Source: Chiloscyllium plagiosum (Eukaryota). From it: 64,000 nt of DNA. The stretch spans positions 17,872,102 to 17,936,101 of the forward strand of contig NC_057718.1 in assembly GCF_004010195.1 (NCBI RefSeq), given 5' to 3'. The notes below the pieces were generated by a model. The model made no database searches. It was not told the origin of the DNA and saw only the letters and a list, made by a program, of their open reading frames with translations. Positions 1 to 12,110 of this stretch are shown in pieces (positions within the stretch are counted from its first letter, which is position 1; every line of letters starts with the position of its first letter). Both the position numbers and the translations under genes were made by a program.

Positions 1-79
1 ATGCCCGAAACGTCGATTCTCCTGCTCCTTGGATGCTGCCTGACCTGCTGCACTTTTCCAGCAACACATTTTCAGCTCT
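1..79 (+). mobile_element. Miniature PLE 3'-repeat copy containing the 3' half of a hammerhead; truncated by the window edge
   Basis: ATGCCCGAAACGTCGATTCTCCTGCTCC...GATGCTGCCTGACCTGCTG matches the family at 39720 and 42734 and the 3' end of the GIY-YIG PLE at 23319-23401. Confidence 0.85.
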
Positions 80-1389
80 ATCTTCTTGGTATGCTTGTTA
101 TCATCGTTCCACAATTATTTTGCCTCTTCCTCTACGTACTTTGTCCTGGCTCTGACTATCATCAAATGACCACAATAACAAGATAACAAGGATGGTGCCA
201 GTTCTTAAGGAATGAGCTGTGAATGAAGGATAAGAAAACTGCAATAAAAATCATTTAGAGTAAGGAGAATGGAAAGAAGAGTACCCTTCATCTGACCTGC
301 ACTTTACTTGCAACACTGTAAGTCCTTCCCCCTTCTCCAGTAGTGGCCATTTGTTCACTCCCTATTTGTATCGCACTGTCGTTTCGCCCCTGGTTTCAAC
401 AGCCTACGTCCAAGTTTCTGGAAATTATCACAAGCAAACATTGTCAGGACATTCGTATGATGAAGTAAACTGCTAAATCCAACTTCAAGGGTTCATCTCT
501 GTCCTGCCACAAAACTCACAAACATCTGACACTAACTTAGCACCACACAGTTGTAAGAAAGGACTGTTAGTTTAAAATAACATCTCAGATTTGGCAGCAG
601 ATGATGAAGCAAAGGTGCTCACCACTCACCTCGAAGAACATTTACCACCAAGTGACCTTTGAGACATGGACCTCCCATCCCCTAACATGACTTTAAATGA
701 GGAGCCAAGTCAAGGAGTTGTCTTGGTGTATTGCCGCAGTTACCTCAGCAAACAGGTAAAGAAATAATTATGTTGAAGTACTGAGACAAAGCAAAGCAGA
801 AGGTAAATACACTCAACTTCCTTTATTTTTAATTTTAATGCTTAGATAATTAAATAAATGATATTGATTGGAAGAAGATCAAAGCTAAAATAAAGAGGAA
901 CAAAAATGCATAGTTTTTTTCTGATTGTGAAGAAACTTGACAATCAATAAATATTTAATAGTAGCTTTACAGGACAACTGAGGCTGTTTAACAATAAATG
1001 TGAATTTAATACATCATCAAAAACATACAGCAAAATCCAGGTGCTAGGTTTTAGGCACAAAGGGTGATAATCTGATGAATTACCAGGAGTGATCATACAG
1101 CAGGATGGCAGTAAATGTATACATTTCTGGCAATTTGATCTGTTTCTTTTCCCCAGTGAAGCAGTTATCCCTTGATTAATGGTTGTAACTGCCCTTGCCC
1201 AAGGAGTATATCAGAGGTTCAACTGATATGGTGAATGGTTGTCTGCGAGGCAGGCAAGGGATTTTGAGGGTTTTGTAGTATCACACAGATGGAAGGCACT
1301 TTCTTTATAAAAGCCAATAATGACCCTGATGGCAAGTTCTTCCTGGAACAGGGATCCTGGCCCACGTCCTCACTTGTAACATTGAGGCA

Positions 1390-2010
1390 TTGAAAACTTA
1401 CAGCACAGGAAGAAGACATTCAGCCCATCATATCTTTGCTGACCATCAAAGAGCTGTTCAGCCTCAACCCACTTTCTAGTTTTTGATGAGTAACCTTTTA
1501 GGTCACAGTGCTTCAAATGGCTTATCCAGATGCGTTTTAAATGTAGGGAGGGTTTCTGCCTCTAACACCTTGGAGCAGCTTGTTCCAGAACATTCTGGAA
1601 CAGACCTTGGAATCTTTGCATTATTCCCAAGTGTCTGGATAGGACAAACATTTGCCTGGAGGCAAACATTATCATGCTGTACATGATTCTCAATTATTTC
1701 TTATCTCTCCTCTAATCTTCACGCCAACGTCTTTAAATCTGACTATCAATCCAACTGTAAAGGAAACAGGATCCCTCTTGCCTGCTGTTTTTGAACACTT
1801 CATGGATTGTTACATCTCAAATGATTCTCACCTGACTTTCCACTATTCCAAAGAAAGGAATCACAACTTATTCAAAATTTATTCATTGCTAAACTTCTCT
1901 ATGTTTGGCAGCATCCTCATAAATCTCTTTTGCAACCTATCTGGTTACCACATCCTTCCAGGAATGTTTAGGACTGTACACAACACTCCAACTCCATCAT
2001 GAGCAGGGAT
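1390..2010 (-). mobile_element. Old, degraded CR1-type LINE 3' fragment
   Basis: Resembles the antisense CR1 3' UTR and ORF2 end seen at 27385-27860 (e.g. GGCAGCATCCTCATAAATCTC). Confidence 0.45.
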
Positions 2011-2476
2011 TTTGTGTCCATCAACTCCCTTGTCTTGTTTATGTCTTATTTACTTCCCAGTCACCCTTCCACAAGCCATTTTACATCTCACGTTCCTTTT
2101 CATCCCAGTTAGGAACACCTTCACCTTTCGTATGGGTCCTCAACAACATCTGTTCCCCTGCCCCCAATCCCACACTCTATCATTTTCCAAGCCGTTTTTC
2201 TCTGATTCAGGGTCAAATCTCACAGATGCAGAGTTCCTCCAGCACATTTTGTATCAGTTTCAGGTTTCCAACATGTGCATTATTATTGCTTTTATTCCAT
2301 CTCTTCATTTTCACCATTCAGAAAGACCAATCGTTTAATATTTTAGGGACAGCACAAAATCCCTGCGAATCTTTTACTGCTGGATTGCTGACTGACCCAT
2401 CCAGACACGGGAACAGTGCAAGGATTCCCTTGGTCTACTCCACAATGATCCAGCAAATGGTCAAAGCTTTCTGAGC

Positions 2477-2572
2477 AAAAACAGAAGTTGCTGGAAAGGC
2501 TCAGCAGGTCTGGCAGCATCTGTGCAGAGAAATCAGAGCTAATGTTTCTGGTCTGGTGATCCTTCCTTGGAA
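2477..2572 (-). mobile_element. Older PLE 3'-repeat family copy with a degenerate hammerhead
   Basis: AACAGAAGTTGCTGGAAAGGCTCAGCAGGTCTGGCAGCATC is homologous to the mini-PLE body and belongs to the same family as 19505-19603. Confidence 0.65.
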
Positions 2573-3802
2573 CAGCTTTGGGTATCCTATTTACAGCTTC
2601 CGGCCTCAGTCGTTTTCATAGGAGCAGGAATAGACCATTCAAAACTTAGTCTGACTGAATGGCAAAACAGCATATTCAGTCACACTGAACGTGAGCTTTT
2701 GTTGAGCACTGCAGGCATTCTGGATGGCCTAAGAACAAATAAACCATGGCTTTTTCCTGGAAAACATGTTAATGTGAGTGATGAGGTGGCTAACATCACT
2801 TGAAACTGGCATTCAGGAAAATAAATCATTTTCTGTTGCTGAAGCTCTTTTCCGATTACGCTGATATGTGGCAAACCAGTTGGGAGACATTGACCCAAAT
2901 TTTCACTGTGACGAAGTGGTACTGTACCGTGACAGAAATGATGGCAGAGGCCAGGAACAGGGCCCTTCCCATGTTCATCCAGGGGTGGGGGGGGGAGGGT
3001 GGGAGGTGTCATGGGCAGGAGTGACATCAGACTAGGTTTTGCACAAGCACATTTATAGAGGCAGCTGACCATTTGAGTCACCAGCCTCAATAGAGGTGAG
3101 GATTTGGCTTGGCTATGGTGTGAAACCAGGAGTGAGTATATCCGACATGCTGAATTCTGCAGATTCATTTGGAAAGCAAACTTCTCCACTGTCAACAAAC
3201 ACAATTAATACCTGAACACCCCTCTTCACTGCGGGTAACTGACACGCCCTTGAGCCTACCTGGCATTTCAAAAGTTGACCCAGGACATGCTGATAACTGT
3301 AACTTGTTTTTCCAAAGGAGTGAAGAGAACCTCTGACACTCCTGTTTATATCTGTTAGCCAGGGCTCCCTAATTGCCCTAGGTTAACAGCCCCAATCAGG
3401 GAACACATAGTCAATGAGGTCCATTGGTTGACCTCATTGCAGTTCTGTTGCTCAGTGTTAATCTCCTGCCTTTTGCCTATATCCCTGCCCACCATGCCTA
3501 TCCAAATAATCACCCAACTCTCTCTTGAATGAGTCAATTGAATGTGCCTCCTCTACACTTCCAGCAGTTCATTCCATACCCTAACTACTCACTATGTGAG
3601 AGTGTGGATGTGAGAGTCTGTCTAAACTGACAGGCTCAGTGTGGACATCCAACAGGCATATCTATAAATTATGATTGGGTGTGGGTGGTTGTACATGTTT
3701 ATGCACATGGGTATGTATGCATTTGTGGGTGTGAGTGGATGTGTCTCTGTCGGTATGAAAAAGGGCCTGTTTCCACTCTGTAGGAATTCTAAGTTCTAAG
3801 CA

Positions 3803-5120
3803 GAGGTCCCAGAATTGATCCCTACAGAACACTCCTGGTCACCAAACTCCAGGCTGAATACTTTCCATCTACTGCCACCCTCTGTCTTCAATGGGCCAGC
3901 CAATTCTGTATGCAGACAGCCAAATTTCCCTTTATCCCATACCTCCTTACTTTCTGACTGAGCCTACCATGGGGAACCTTATCAAACACCTTGCTAAAAT
4001 CCATGTACACCACATCCACTGCTCTACCTTCATCAACATGTTTTGTCACATCCTCAAAGAATTCAATGAGGCTTATGAGGCATGATCTGCCCATCACAAA
4101 GCCATGCTGACTATCTCTACTCAAACTATGGTTTTTGAAGTAATCATTAGTCCTGTCTATCAGAATCCTCTCCAATACTTTGCCCACCACAGAAGTGAGA
4201 TTGACTGGTCTGTAATTCCCAGGATTATCCCTATTCCCTTTCTTGAACAAGAGAATAACATTTGCCACCCTCCAATCATGGGGGACTACTCCAGTAGACA
4301 GTGAGGATGCAAAGATCATTGCCAAAGGTGCAACAATCTCTTCCCTCACTTCCTGTAGTAACCTTAGGTACATCCTATCTGGCCCAGTGGATTTATCTAT
4401 CCATATGATTTTCAAAACTTTCAGCACATCCACCTTCTTAATGTCAAAATTTTCAGCATATCCCAACCTGTTCGATCATATCAGTCTGTTTCATGCTGTC
4501 CTCAGAAATGTTAAGGCCCCACTCACTAGTGAATACTGAAGGAAAGTATTCATTAAGGACCACCCCCAACCTCCTCTGACTCCAAGCACAATTTCTCTCC
4601 TTTATCCTTGATCGGCCCTACCCTCACTCTGGTAATTCTCTTGTTCCTCACATAAGTGTAGAATGTCTTAGGGTTTTCCTTAATCCTACTCGATAAAGCA
4701 TTTTAATGCCCCCTTCTAGCTCTCCTAAGTTCATTCTTCAATTCCTTCCTGGCTACCTTGTAAACCTCTAAAGCCCTGTCTGATCCTTGCCTCCTCAACC
4801 TTAAGTAAGCTTCCTTCTTCCTCTTGACTAGATGTTCCACATCCCTTGTCACCCAAGATTCTTTCACCCTACCACACCTCCCTTGCCTTAGTGGGGACAA
4901 TCCTGTCCAGCACTATCAGCAGGTGCTTCCTAAACAACCTCCACATTTCCCTGAGAACATCTGTTCCCAATTTAGGCACCCCAGTTCCTGTCTAATAGCA
5001 TTGTGTAATTTCCCCTCCCCCAAGTAAATACTTTCCCATAACATCTTCTCCTATCCCTCTCCATGTTATGGTAAAGGTCAGGGAGTTGTGATCACTATTA
5101 CCAAAATGCTCTCCCACTGC
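3803..5120 (-). mobile_element. CR1 (HER1-like) LINE ORF2 fragment (linker and N-terminal reverse transcriptase), disrupted
   Basis: ORF 3888..4466 contains PGNYRPVNLTSVVGK, QHGF and VDVVYMDFSKVFDKVPH. ORF 4703..4900 gives the CR1 linker, and GEHFGNSDHN appears in ORF 4992..5366. Confidence 0.95.
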
Positions 5121-5291
5121 CCTAGAGAAGGTGGTGGTGCGTTGCCTTCTTGAACCACAGAAGTTCATTTGGTATAAGTACACCCATAATATTGTTAAGG
5201 AGGGAATTCCAGGATTTTGACCCATTGAGACTGAAGGAATGGTGATACTTTTCCAAGTCAGGATAGTGAGTGGCTTGGAGGGAGATTTGTA

Positions 5292-5315
5292 GGTGGTGGT
5301 GGTGGTGGTGGTGGT
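5292..5315 (+). repeat. (GGT)n microsatellite inside an old LINE-like fragment
   Basis: About 8 GGT units. These produce the poly-His and poly-Thr runs in ORFs 5122..5415 and 4992..5366. Confidence 0.9.
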
Positions 5316-5399
5316 GTTCCCATGTCTCATATCTGTTGATATGAACCTCAGTACAATGTAAGTCACATTGAATTTTCAGTCTTGGCTGAAAGAGATTGT

Positions 5400-6240
5400 G
5401 AATGTTAATGTTCAAGTGGAAGGGGAATGCATTATGACAAATTTTTCATGGCTTCTTAAGGTGTTTTGAAGAAGTTACAAATTTATCATACTCCCTCTCT
5501 GTGGGAATTTGGTAGCAGGGTGCATGTAATTAGGCAGCAAATTGTGGATGACCTGTACCCTGAATAAGTCTGTGCGAGAAGGCTTGTGGACAGCCTCCAC
5601 ACCCTGCCCCCTGTTGAGGTAATAACACATTTTCAACAAAAAAAAACAAACCAGTCATTTTTGTGGTTTATGTTGGAGAGGGAGACAATTGTATATCATT
5701 CAACTTACTTTGCTAAGACTTTAAAAAGAAGACTTTTGAGGAAGACCATAATCTCAGAAGAAATTATGAACAATGATAGCAGCTATGAGGTCTCACTTGA
5801 AGGACAGAATGTTTCTAAAACAAAGGAAGTTGCAGTTTTATCTTATGGTTACGATGACTCACATTGACACAAATCTCCATTTCAATCAGCTACATAGCAT
5901 CCAGACTTGCAAGGGGCAGAGGAAAGATGCCAAACTTTAAAGTCTGAATGGTCAAAGCTTATTCAACACCCAGAGGGTGGGGAAGGGGAATTGAATTTCA
6001 AGAAAAGTTTGCAATTTGAAAAGGAGCTAATAAATCACCAGGTTTCAGTCCCTTTGAATTACTGTATGCACAGGAAGGAAGAAGCCCAATTAAATTTATC
6101 AAGCAAAAGTTTATGGATCAAGAGGAGGAAATTAATCAGATAGTTCATGTATTAACATTCTAAGACAGTGTATCAAAAATATAAACAATTGCTCAAAACC
6201 ATATTAAAGTTTCTCAACGGGCAATGGAATAATAAGTAGA
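5400..6240 (+). mobile_element. Possible Gypsy LTR end plus degraded gag 5' region
   Basis: An LTR-end-like ...GTAATAACA near 5626 is followed by broken K/E-rich frames (YEVSLEGQNVSKTK; ELNFKKSLQFEKE) reminiscent of fish Gypsy gag N-termini. Recognition is weak. Confidence 0.3.
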
Positions 6241-6869
6241 AAAGAAAGCTGTAAAATCCATTTAAAAACATGGGGTTGATTTTCTGAGGCATAGCACTGA
6301 TAGTGATTCTGCTCTGCCTGTTTCTGTACCTTCCTGGTGGAACTGAATGAATTTCTTCAGAAGTACGGTGTGACCCTGAAGTCTAATGGCTTCCTTGTAG
6401 CACAGTATAGTCAGGGAAAGTCAAGCCATGCCAGGATGTCAGTTAAGTAGTGTGATAGGGAGTCAGATAAAAAGGACACAAGGTGGTTAGGGTTCCAGGT
6501 AAGTGATAGAGTATCGGGTCAAAGGGACAGAGCAAGGCGGTGATATCAAGTCCAACAATGTGGGGGCCATGTTGAGTGAGCAGGCGGAGTGGTGTCAGGT
6601 CTAGCAGCAGGAGGTTTGGGTGTTAGATCTGGTGGGGTGTGTGGGTATCGTGTTCGGTGGTGGATGTGGGTGTTGGGTCTGGTGGGGGCATGTTGGAATT
6701 GAATCTGGTTGTGAAAGTGTAAAATCTGGCATTGGGACTGCAAGATGTTGAATATTGACTTTTGATTGAACTATGGGGAATAGATTATTGTTGTATTATT
6801 ATTTATAATATTAAAAAGTTTCATATTTTAAGCTATTGTGAAAAATAAGCAAGGCTTTTTTGTTTTGAG

Positions 6870-7760
6870 AGATGACAGGTAATGCCCCATGGCCTATTTG
6901 GGCAAAAGCCCTGGATTTTGTGTTGGGGCAGTGGTCCCTTTAAGAATCAAGTTTCTCACAGATGATTTCTGGCAAAGCACCTGGCTTGTAGTTATTTATC
7001 ATCTGACCAGGTTGCCATAGAAATTAATAATAGAGAAATAAATCTCAACATAACTTAATTGTAGGGATGCAATTCTATGTTCAAGCAGTTAGGTTTTAAT
7101 TATGGGAACAAGCGAACTGCAGAAAACATCTATTTCAGAGTTCAGCTAAAACTTTAGGTGCTGGCTAATAAAAGTTAATCATCTTGCTAAGTGAAGGATC
7201 CTATTAGAGAATTAGATTTCTGGTACTTTCAAGCTGAGAAGAAGAGACAGTTTCACATATTAAATCCCAGAGTTAAGAAATATTAGAGTCAGGAGAGCTC
7301 TGACTCTGACCCAATGCTGGGAATGCCTGTGCTAACTTGCAGTCGTTGGATAATTGGAGATTTGGAAGGAAAACCTCGCTGAAGTAAACAGAAAATGTGC
7401 GAAATCTCAACCAATTTTACAAATCTTCAAAACAGTACTAAGACCAAATTGCTAATCTTTCAAATTTTGACTCGTTTATAGGTGGCCGTAGTCCTAATGG
7501 GTGTAGGAGCAAGTGGAATTTAAAAGCATTTGGTTTAGATTATAAATAACTGAGCTAATTGTTCTTTCATTATCTCTAATGCAATCAATTACTTAAGATA
7601 GGGTGTATTTACTGATTTTTCATGTTTTGGTTTGTGCACAACAGAATCCTTTTGATTAAAACTGTGAACCTTGAGGCTTTTTTTGGTAAATTCTGAGTTT
7701 TCAGATTCTACGTATGCACAACATACAGATTTCTACCAAAAAAGGCTTACAAATTGTTAA
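6870..7760 (+). mobile_element. Possible degraded solo LTR
   Basis: The U5-like TTAAAACTGTGAACCTTG resembles TTAAGACATGAAATCTTG in the 18.2-18.9 kb LTR-like element. No TSD found. Confidence 0.3.
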
Positions 7761-8094
7761 TCAGTTTTAATAAATAACATTAAATAGGAAAAGAAGTCAA
7801 ATAAGGCAGATTGATAAATTGCAACTTTTAATTTACAACATGCTGAGTGACATCAGAAGTAATGCATTTAATTTTGAATGGATTTTTGAAAAGGAAATCA
7901 GACACAAACAAGGTATTTATTACAAGTTATCCCAAAGTATTTGCAGCTCAGAATCAGACCATTTGACCCAACAGATATATGACTCATCTAACTCATAGGT
8001 GCAGCTGATGAAGCAGCAATGTATGATGGAAATTTTGAGATGAGGCAAGAGCTGTAACTTTTGTTTGTATGCCAGAGTGAACAGGTGGATGTCC

Positions 8095-8478
8095 TTCCCT
8101 TAGAAAAAGAAAGACTGAAGGGTGGTGACCTGATAGTGATCATAAAGATGATGAAAGGGGTTGATACAATAGATAAGATTCCGTTTGTAGGCAGGACCAG
8201 AACTCGGGAGAATAAATCACAGACAGTCACTCATAAGTACAGTGATGAATTAAGGAGACGCTTCTTTACCCAGAGAATGGAACTTACTATCAGATGGAAT
8301 TGTTGAGCTGACCAGTAATTCAGATGTATTTAAGGGAACTCTGAATGAGCATGTGTGTGATAAAAGAATGGATAGATATGTTGATAGGGTTAGAGAAAGA
8401 GGTGTGGGAGGGGGTCTGTGCACAGCCTAAGCACCAGTGTAGGCCATTTGGAATGAATGGCCAGTCTCTGTGCTGCAT
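8095..8478 (+). mobile_element. Old CR1 3' end (ORF2 C-terminus plus 3' UTR)
   Basis: ORF 8061..8306 contains LEKERLKGGDLIVIIKMMKG...RTR...RRRFFTQR, typical of the CR1 C-terminus. Confidence 0.85.
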
Positions 8479-9106
8479 ATAATTTGTCATAAAATCCAAA
8501 TAGCAGTTTGCACAAATAAATAGTCACCAATCACAAATAGGCTTCTCGGAGCAAAAAGCATGCTGACAGGTTTTCATGATATAATGATTAGACCTGTCAC
8601 TCAGCATCTTTCACACATCAAATGACAGCTGCACTTCGTTTGGGTGGACCAACACTGTCATTTCAGAAGGCTCACATGGGACAATCGTAAAAGGCACGAC
8701 AGACATAACCAGACATCAGTGGCCTGCTGATCAATATTAATGACCTCCGTTACAACTGAGTGATCTTTACCTTGAACAATTACACATTAAGCAGTCCACT
8801 CGAGATTTTAAAAAAAGGAGATTCATCGGCTTCTGGAGTGCTTCGACACAGGAGACAGAAAGGAACAGCTGCATTGCGAGAAAGTGGTGAAGAGTACGCA
8901 TTTGACACCATCACTTGTCATTGCCACAATCTTCCCTGAACCTTATACTATGACACTCCGAGTTTGGTAAAATGCTGTTTGGGGCTACCATTTCAGGACA
9001 GAGCTGGGCCAGTGTCAGGTGCCGTAGTACAGCCAGAGATGGATCCAATAGTCAGAGTTTGTGTCTGTTTTTGAGACGTCTCAGAGTACTGGGATTCAAT
9101 ATTCAT

Positions 9107-9432
9107 GTGGCACTGTGGCTCAGTGGTTAGCACTGTTGCCTCACAGCACCAGGGACCCAGCGATTCCAGTGTGGATTTTGCACACTGTTCTCCCCATGTT
9201 TGCTTAGGTTTCCTCCAGGTGCTCTGGTTTCCTTCCACGGTCAAAAGATGTACAGATTAGGTATATTGGCCTTGCTCAGCTGTCCTGTAGTGCCCAGGGA
9301 TGTGCAGGTTAGGTGGATTAATGCAGGGGTACGGGAATAGGGTAAGGAGTGTGGGTATGGGTGGGATGATCTTTGGAGGGTTGGTGTGGACTTGATGGGC
9401 CGAATAACCTGCTTTGACACTGTAGGGATTCA
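9107..9432 (+). mobile_element. HE1-like tRNA-derived V-SINE
   Basis: A-box head TGGCTCAGTGGTTAGCAC, V-domain GGTTTCCTCCAGGTGCTCTGGTTTCC and CR1-like tail ACACTGTAGGGATT. Confidence 0.9.
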
Positions 9433-9589
9433 ATATTCAGAACTGAGCAAAACCAGCTGCTGCTCCAGTTTTGCCATTCCCAGCCCTCTCTGCCTCTGTT
9501 TACCCCTTTCCTTTCGGTAACCTGACCGCAGCCTACTTGGGAATGAATGGGAGAAATGTATCCTGTCGTCTGTAGCTAACATATATGGA

Positions 9590-9905
9590 GGTACTCCCAT
9601 CTGGATGAGACATTAAGGTCAGGCTGCTCTTGCACATTAAATATCCCATGGAGCCATTTCTGAAGAAGTTCTGCAGGGCTTTTTTTGATGTGCTGATCAA
9701 AAATTATCCCCTGTAAAGCACCACAAAAAGCATTCTCTGCTCCCAATTCATGTCAGTATCTATAGCACCATCGTCTCTGCAAATTGACTGCTGTAATTCG
9801 TCCGCTACATCAGTGACCATGCATCAAGTGGGCTGCACTGGTTGTAAAGCAGCCTGAAACAGTGGAAACCCATGAATGGTACTATCTAACTGCATGTCTT
9901 TCTTT
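9590..9905 (+). mobile_element. Old Deu-domain SINE (SacSINE1/AmnSINE-like)
   Basis: GGATGAGACATTAA...ATCCCATGG...GAAGAAG...TGCAAATTGACTGC...GTAAAGC...TCTTTCTTT is colinear with 43945-44250. Confidence 0.6.
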
Positions 9906-10477
9906 GCTTAATTGCCGGCAGACAATTGTCAAATTAGAGTAACACAAGTTGACCAGCCAACACCATCACATGAAGGGATGTTGAAGATGGAGTGATTTTT
10001 GTGGGGTGGCACAATTTCTGGAGGGAGCAAGGTGGGGGTAAGGCCAAAAGTCAGGGAAGAGTTTGCAACTGCTTAATAACAATGGCATGTGCATTCCCTG
10101 TTCAGCTGGACTTGGTTCTGGGGTGAATAAGCATGAAACATGTTAGAACTTCATATCCAAATGAGGATTAATTTATCATATCATATTAACCACAATGACA
10201 CCTCTATTAAAAAGGGTACCCAAGGATGCAAGCTCCAAGCATTTAAAGCAGAACAAAGCAGAATGTTTTCTTTTGTTCGCAAGCTGCTGATTACAATGAC
10301 AGGAAGAAGAAAAGCAGACTGGAATTGACATGCAAAACCTAGATTTGTCCATGGCTTTGGAGAATGTTGTCACATAAAGAACTCCTGCTGTTCATCTTCC
10401 AATAGATGCATGGATGCCAAAGAGCTTTAACTTGAAAGAAATAGGAACAGAAATTAAAATTTGTCAAGTATTTTGCT

Positions 10478-11697
10478 TTTGTATTTGTTCATGGGACATG
10501 GGTGTTGCTGGCTAGGTCAGCATGTGTTGCTGTTTCCAACTGCTCAATTAAGAGGTAATCTCCATCGCTCTCAAGAGGGTTGGAATATAAAAGCACCGTT
10601 GTGCTACTGAGACTTTATAAAGCTCTGGTTAGGCCCCATTTGGAGTACTATGTCCAGTTTTGGTCCCCACGCCTCAGGAAGGACATACTGGCACTGGAGT
10701 GTGTCCAGCGGAGATTCACACTTCATCCCCTTCTGGATTTTCCATTTGAGGTTTAACTTTGTCACTAGAAACAAAAATCAGATTCAGAGATTTGAAAATA
10801 AACTCTTTATTTTAATGATACTTCATAAACTAGAGTAGCACACATCACTTAACAATAAAAAGGAAAAGCTTTACTGCCAAATTTTTAAAAAACGTTTATT
10901 CTTTTGAGAATCACCTAATGCTTTGATGAAAGAGAAAGAATGAATTTTAGATTTATCCATTGGTTGCTGAAATCAGCAATGCAGGTGCAGTTGTGCACAA
11001 GTTCCACAGTAGTTACAATTAATTGTTGGAGAGTGTTTCAGATTTCTAATTAGTGCTTTAAGTGGTTGAAGCCTCCCACTGAGAGCATGAAGTCAGAAAA
11101 TTACTTTGAATAAAACAAATCAAGCTTAAAGACAAAAGGAGGGTGACCAAAGCCAGAGTTTTCTAAATCATAAAAGCTTTACAGAGTAGGATGAACAGAA
11201 ATGTGGAGACATTTCTTCAGCCAGAGAGTGGTGGGCCTGTGGAATTCATTGCCACAGAGTGCAGTGGAGGCCGGGACGCTAAATGTCTTCAAGGCAGAGA
11301 TTGATAAATTCTTGATGTCACAAGGAATTAAGGGCTACGGGGAGAATACGGGTAAGTGGAGTTGAAATGCCCATCAGCCATGATTGAATGGCGGAGTGGA
11401 CCCGATGGGCCGAATGGCCTTACTTCCACTCCTATGTCTTATGGCTGTCAGTCTGGAGTGAAATGTGGACCAGACCAGGTAAGGATGACAGATTTCCTTC
11501 CCTAAAGAACATTGGTGAAAGAGATGGTTTTTATGATAATTGACAATGGTAACATGGCCACCATGACTTTAATTTTAAGATGTTTTATTATTGAGCTCAA
11601 ATTTCACAATCTGCCATGATGAGATTCAAACCCATGGCCCCAGTACATTAGGATGGAGCTCTGATTACTTGTCTAGTGACCAAGCCACCACCTCTCC
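10478..11697 (-). mobile_element. tRNA-derived non-V SINE (family of 57118-57450) split by a CR1 insertion
   Basis: The tail (10478-10569) and the body/head (11444-11697) are antisense matches to 57118-57450 and join across the CR1. Confidence 0.7.
10570..11443 (+). mobile_element. 5'-truncated CR1 3' end with an internal segment replaced by unrelated DNA
   Basis: 10570-10720 encodes [18 protein letters not shown]. About 11200-11443 is the CR1 3' end, finishing CCTATGTCTTATG. Confidence 0.85.
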
Positions 11698-11786
11698 AAT
11701 TTAACACTTACAGCCAGGAACAGGCCATTGAACCCATCAGGTCAATGATGATATTGACACTCCACACTATATTCCTCCCTCATTAA

Positions 11787-12110
11787 TTAGATTAGATTAG
11801 ATTAGATTCCCTACAGTGCGTAAATAGGCCCTTTGCCCAACCCGTTCACACCGACCCTCCAAAGAGTAACCCACCCAGACCCATTTACCCCTGACTAATG
11901 CACCTAACACTATGGACAATTTAGCATGGCCAATTCACCTAGCCTGCACACCTTTGGACTGTGGGAGGAAACTGGAACACCCAGAGAAACCCACACAGAC
12001 ATGGGGAGAATGTGTAAACTCCACACAGACAGTCACTTGAGGCTGGAATGGAACCTGGGACCCTGGTGCTGTGAGGCAGCGGTGCTAACCACTGACCCAC
12101 CATACCGCCC
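11787..12110 (-). mobile_element. Full-length HE1-like V-SINE
   Basis: Antisense GGGCGG head, A/B boxes, V-domain and (AATCT)n tail. Confidence 0.95.

Noticed and set aside
350..760. Possible exon (ends CAG|GTAAAG) or Gypsy integrase remnant
   Set aside because: There is no sustained open frame or clear motif; the evidence is too weak.
3412..3439. 10-bp hairpin CAATGAGGTC/GACCTCATTG
   Set aside because: It is short and isolated, possibly the end of an old LTR-like repeat, with no supporting context.
5122..5415. ORF containing a poly-histidine run
   Set aside because: The run comes from a (GGT)n microsatellite in a decayed repeat.
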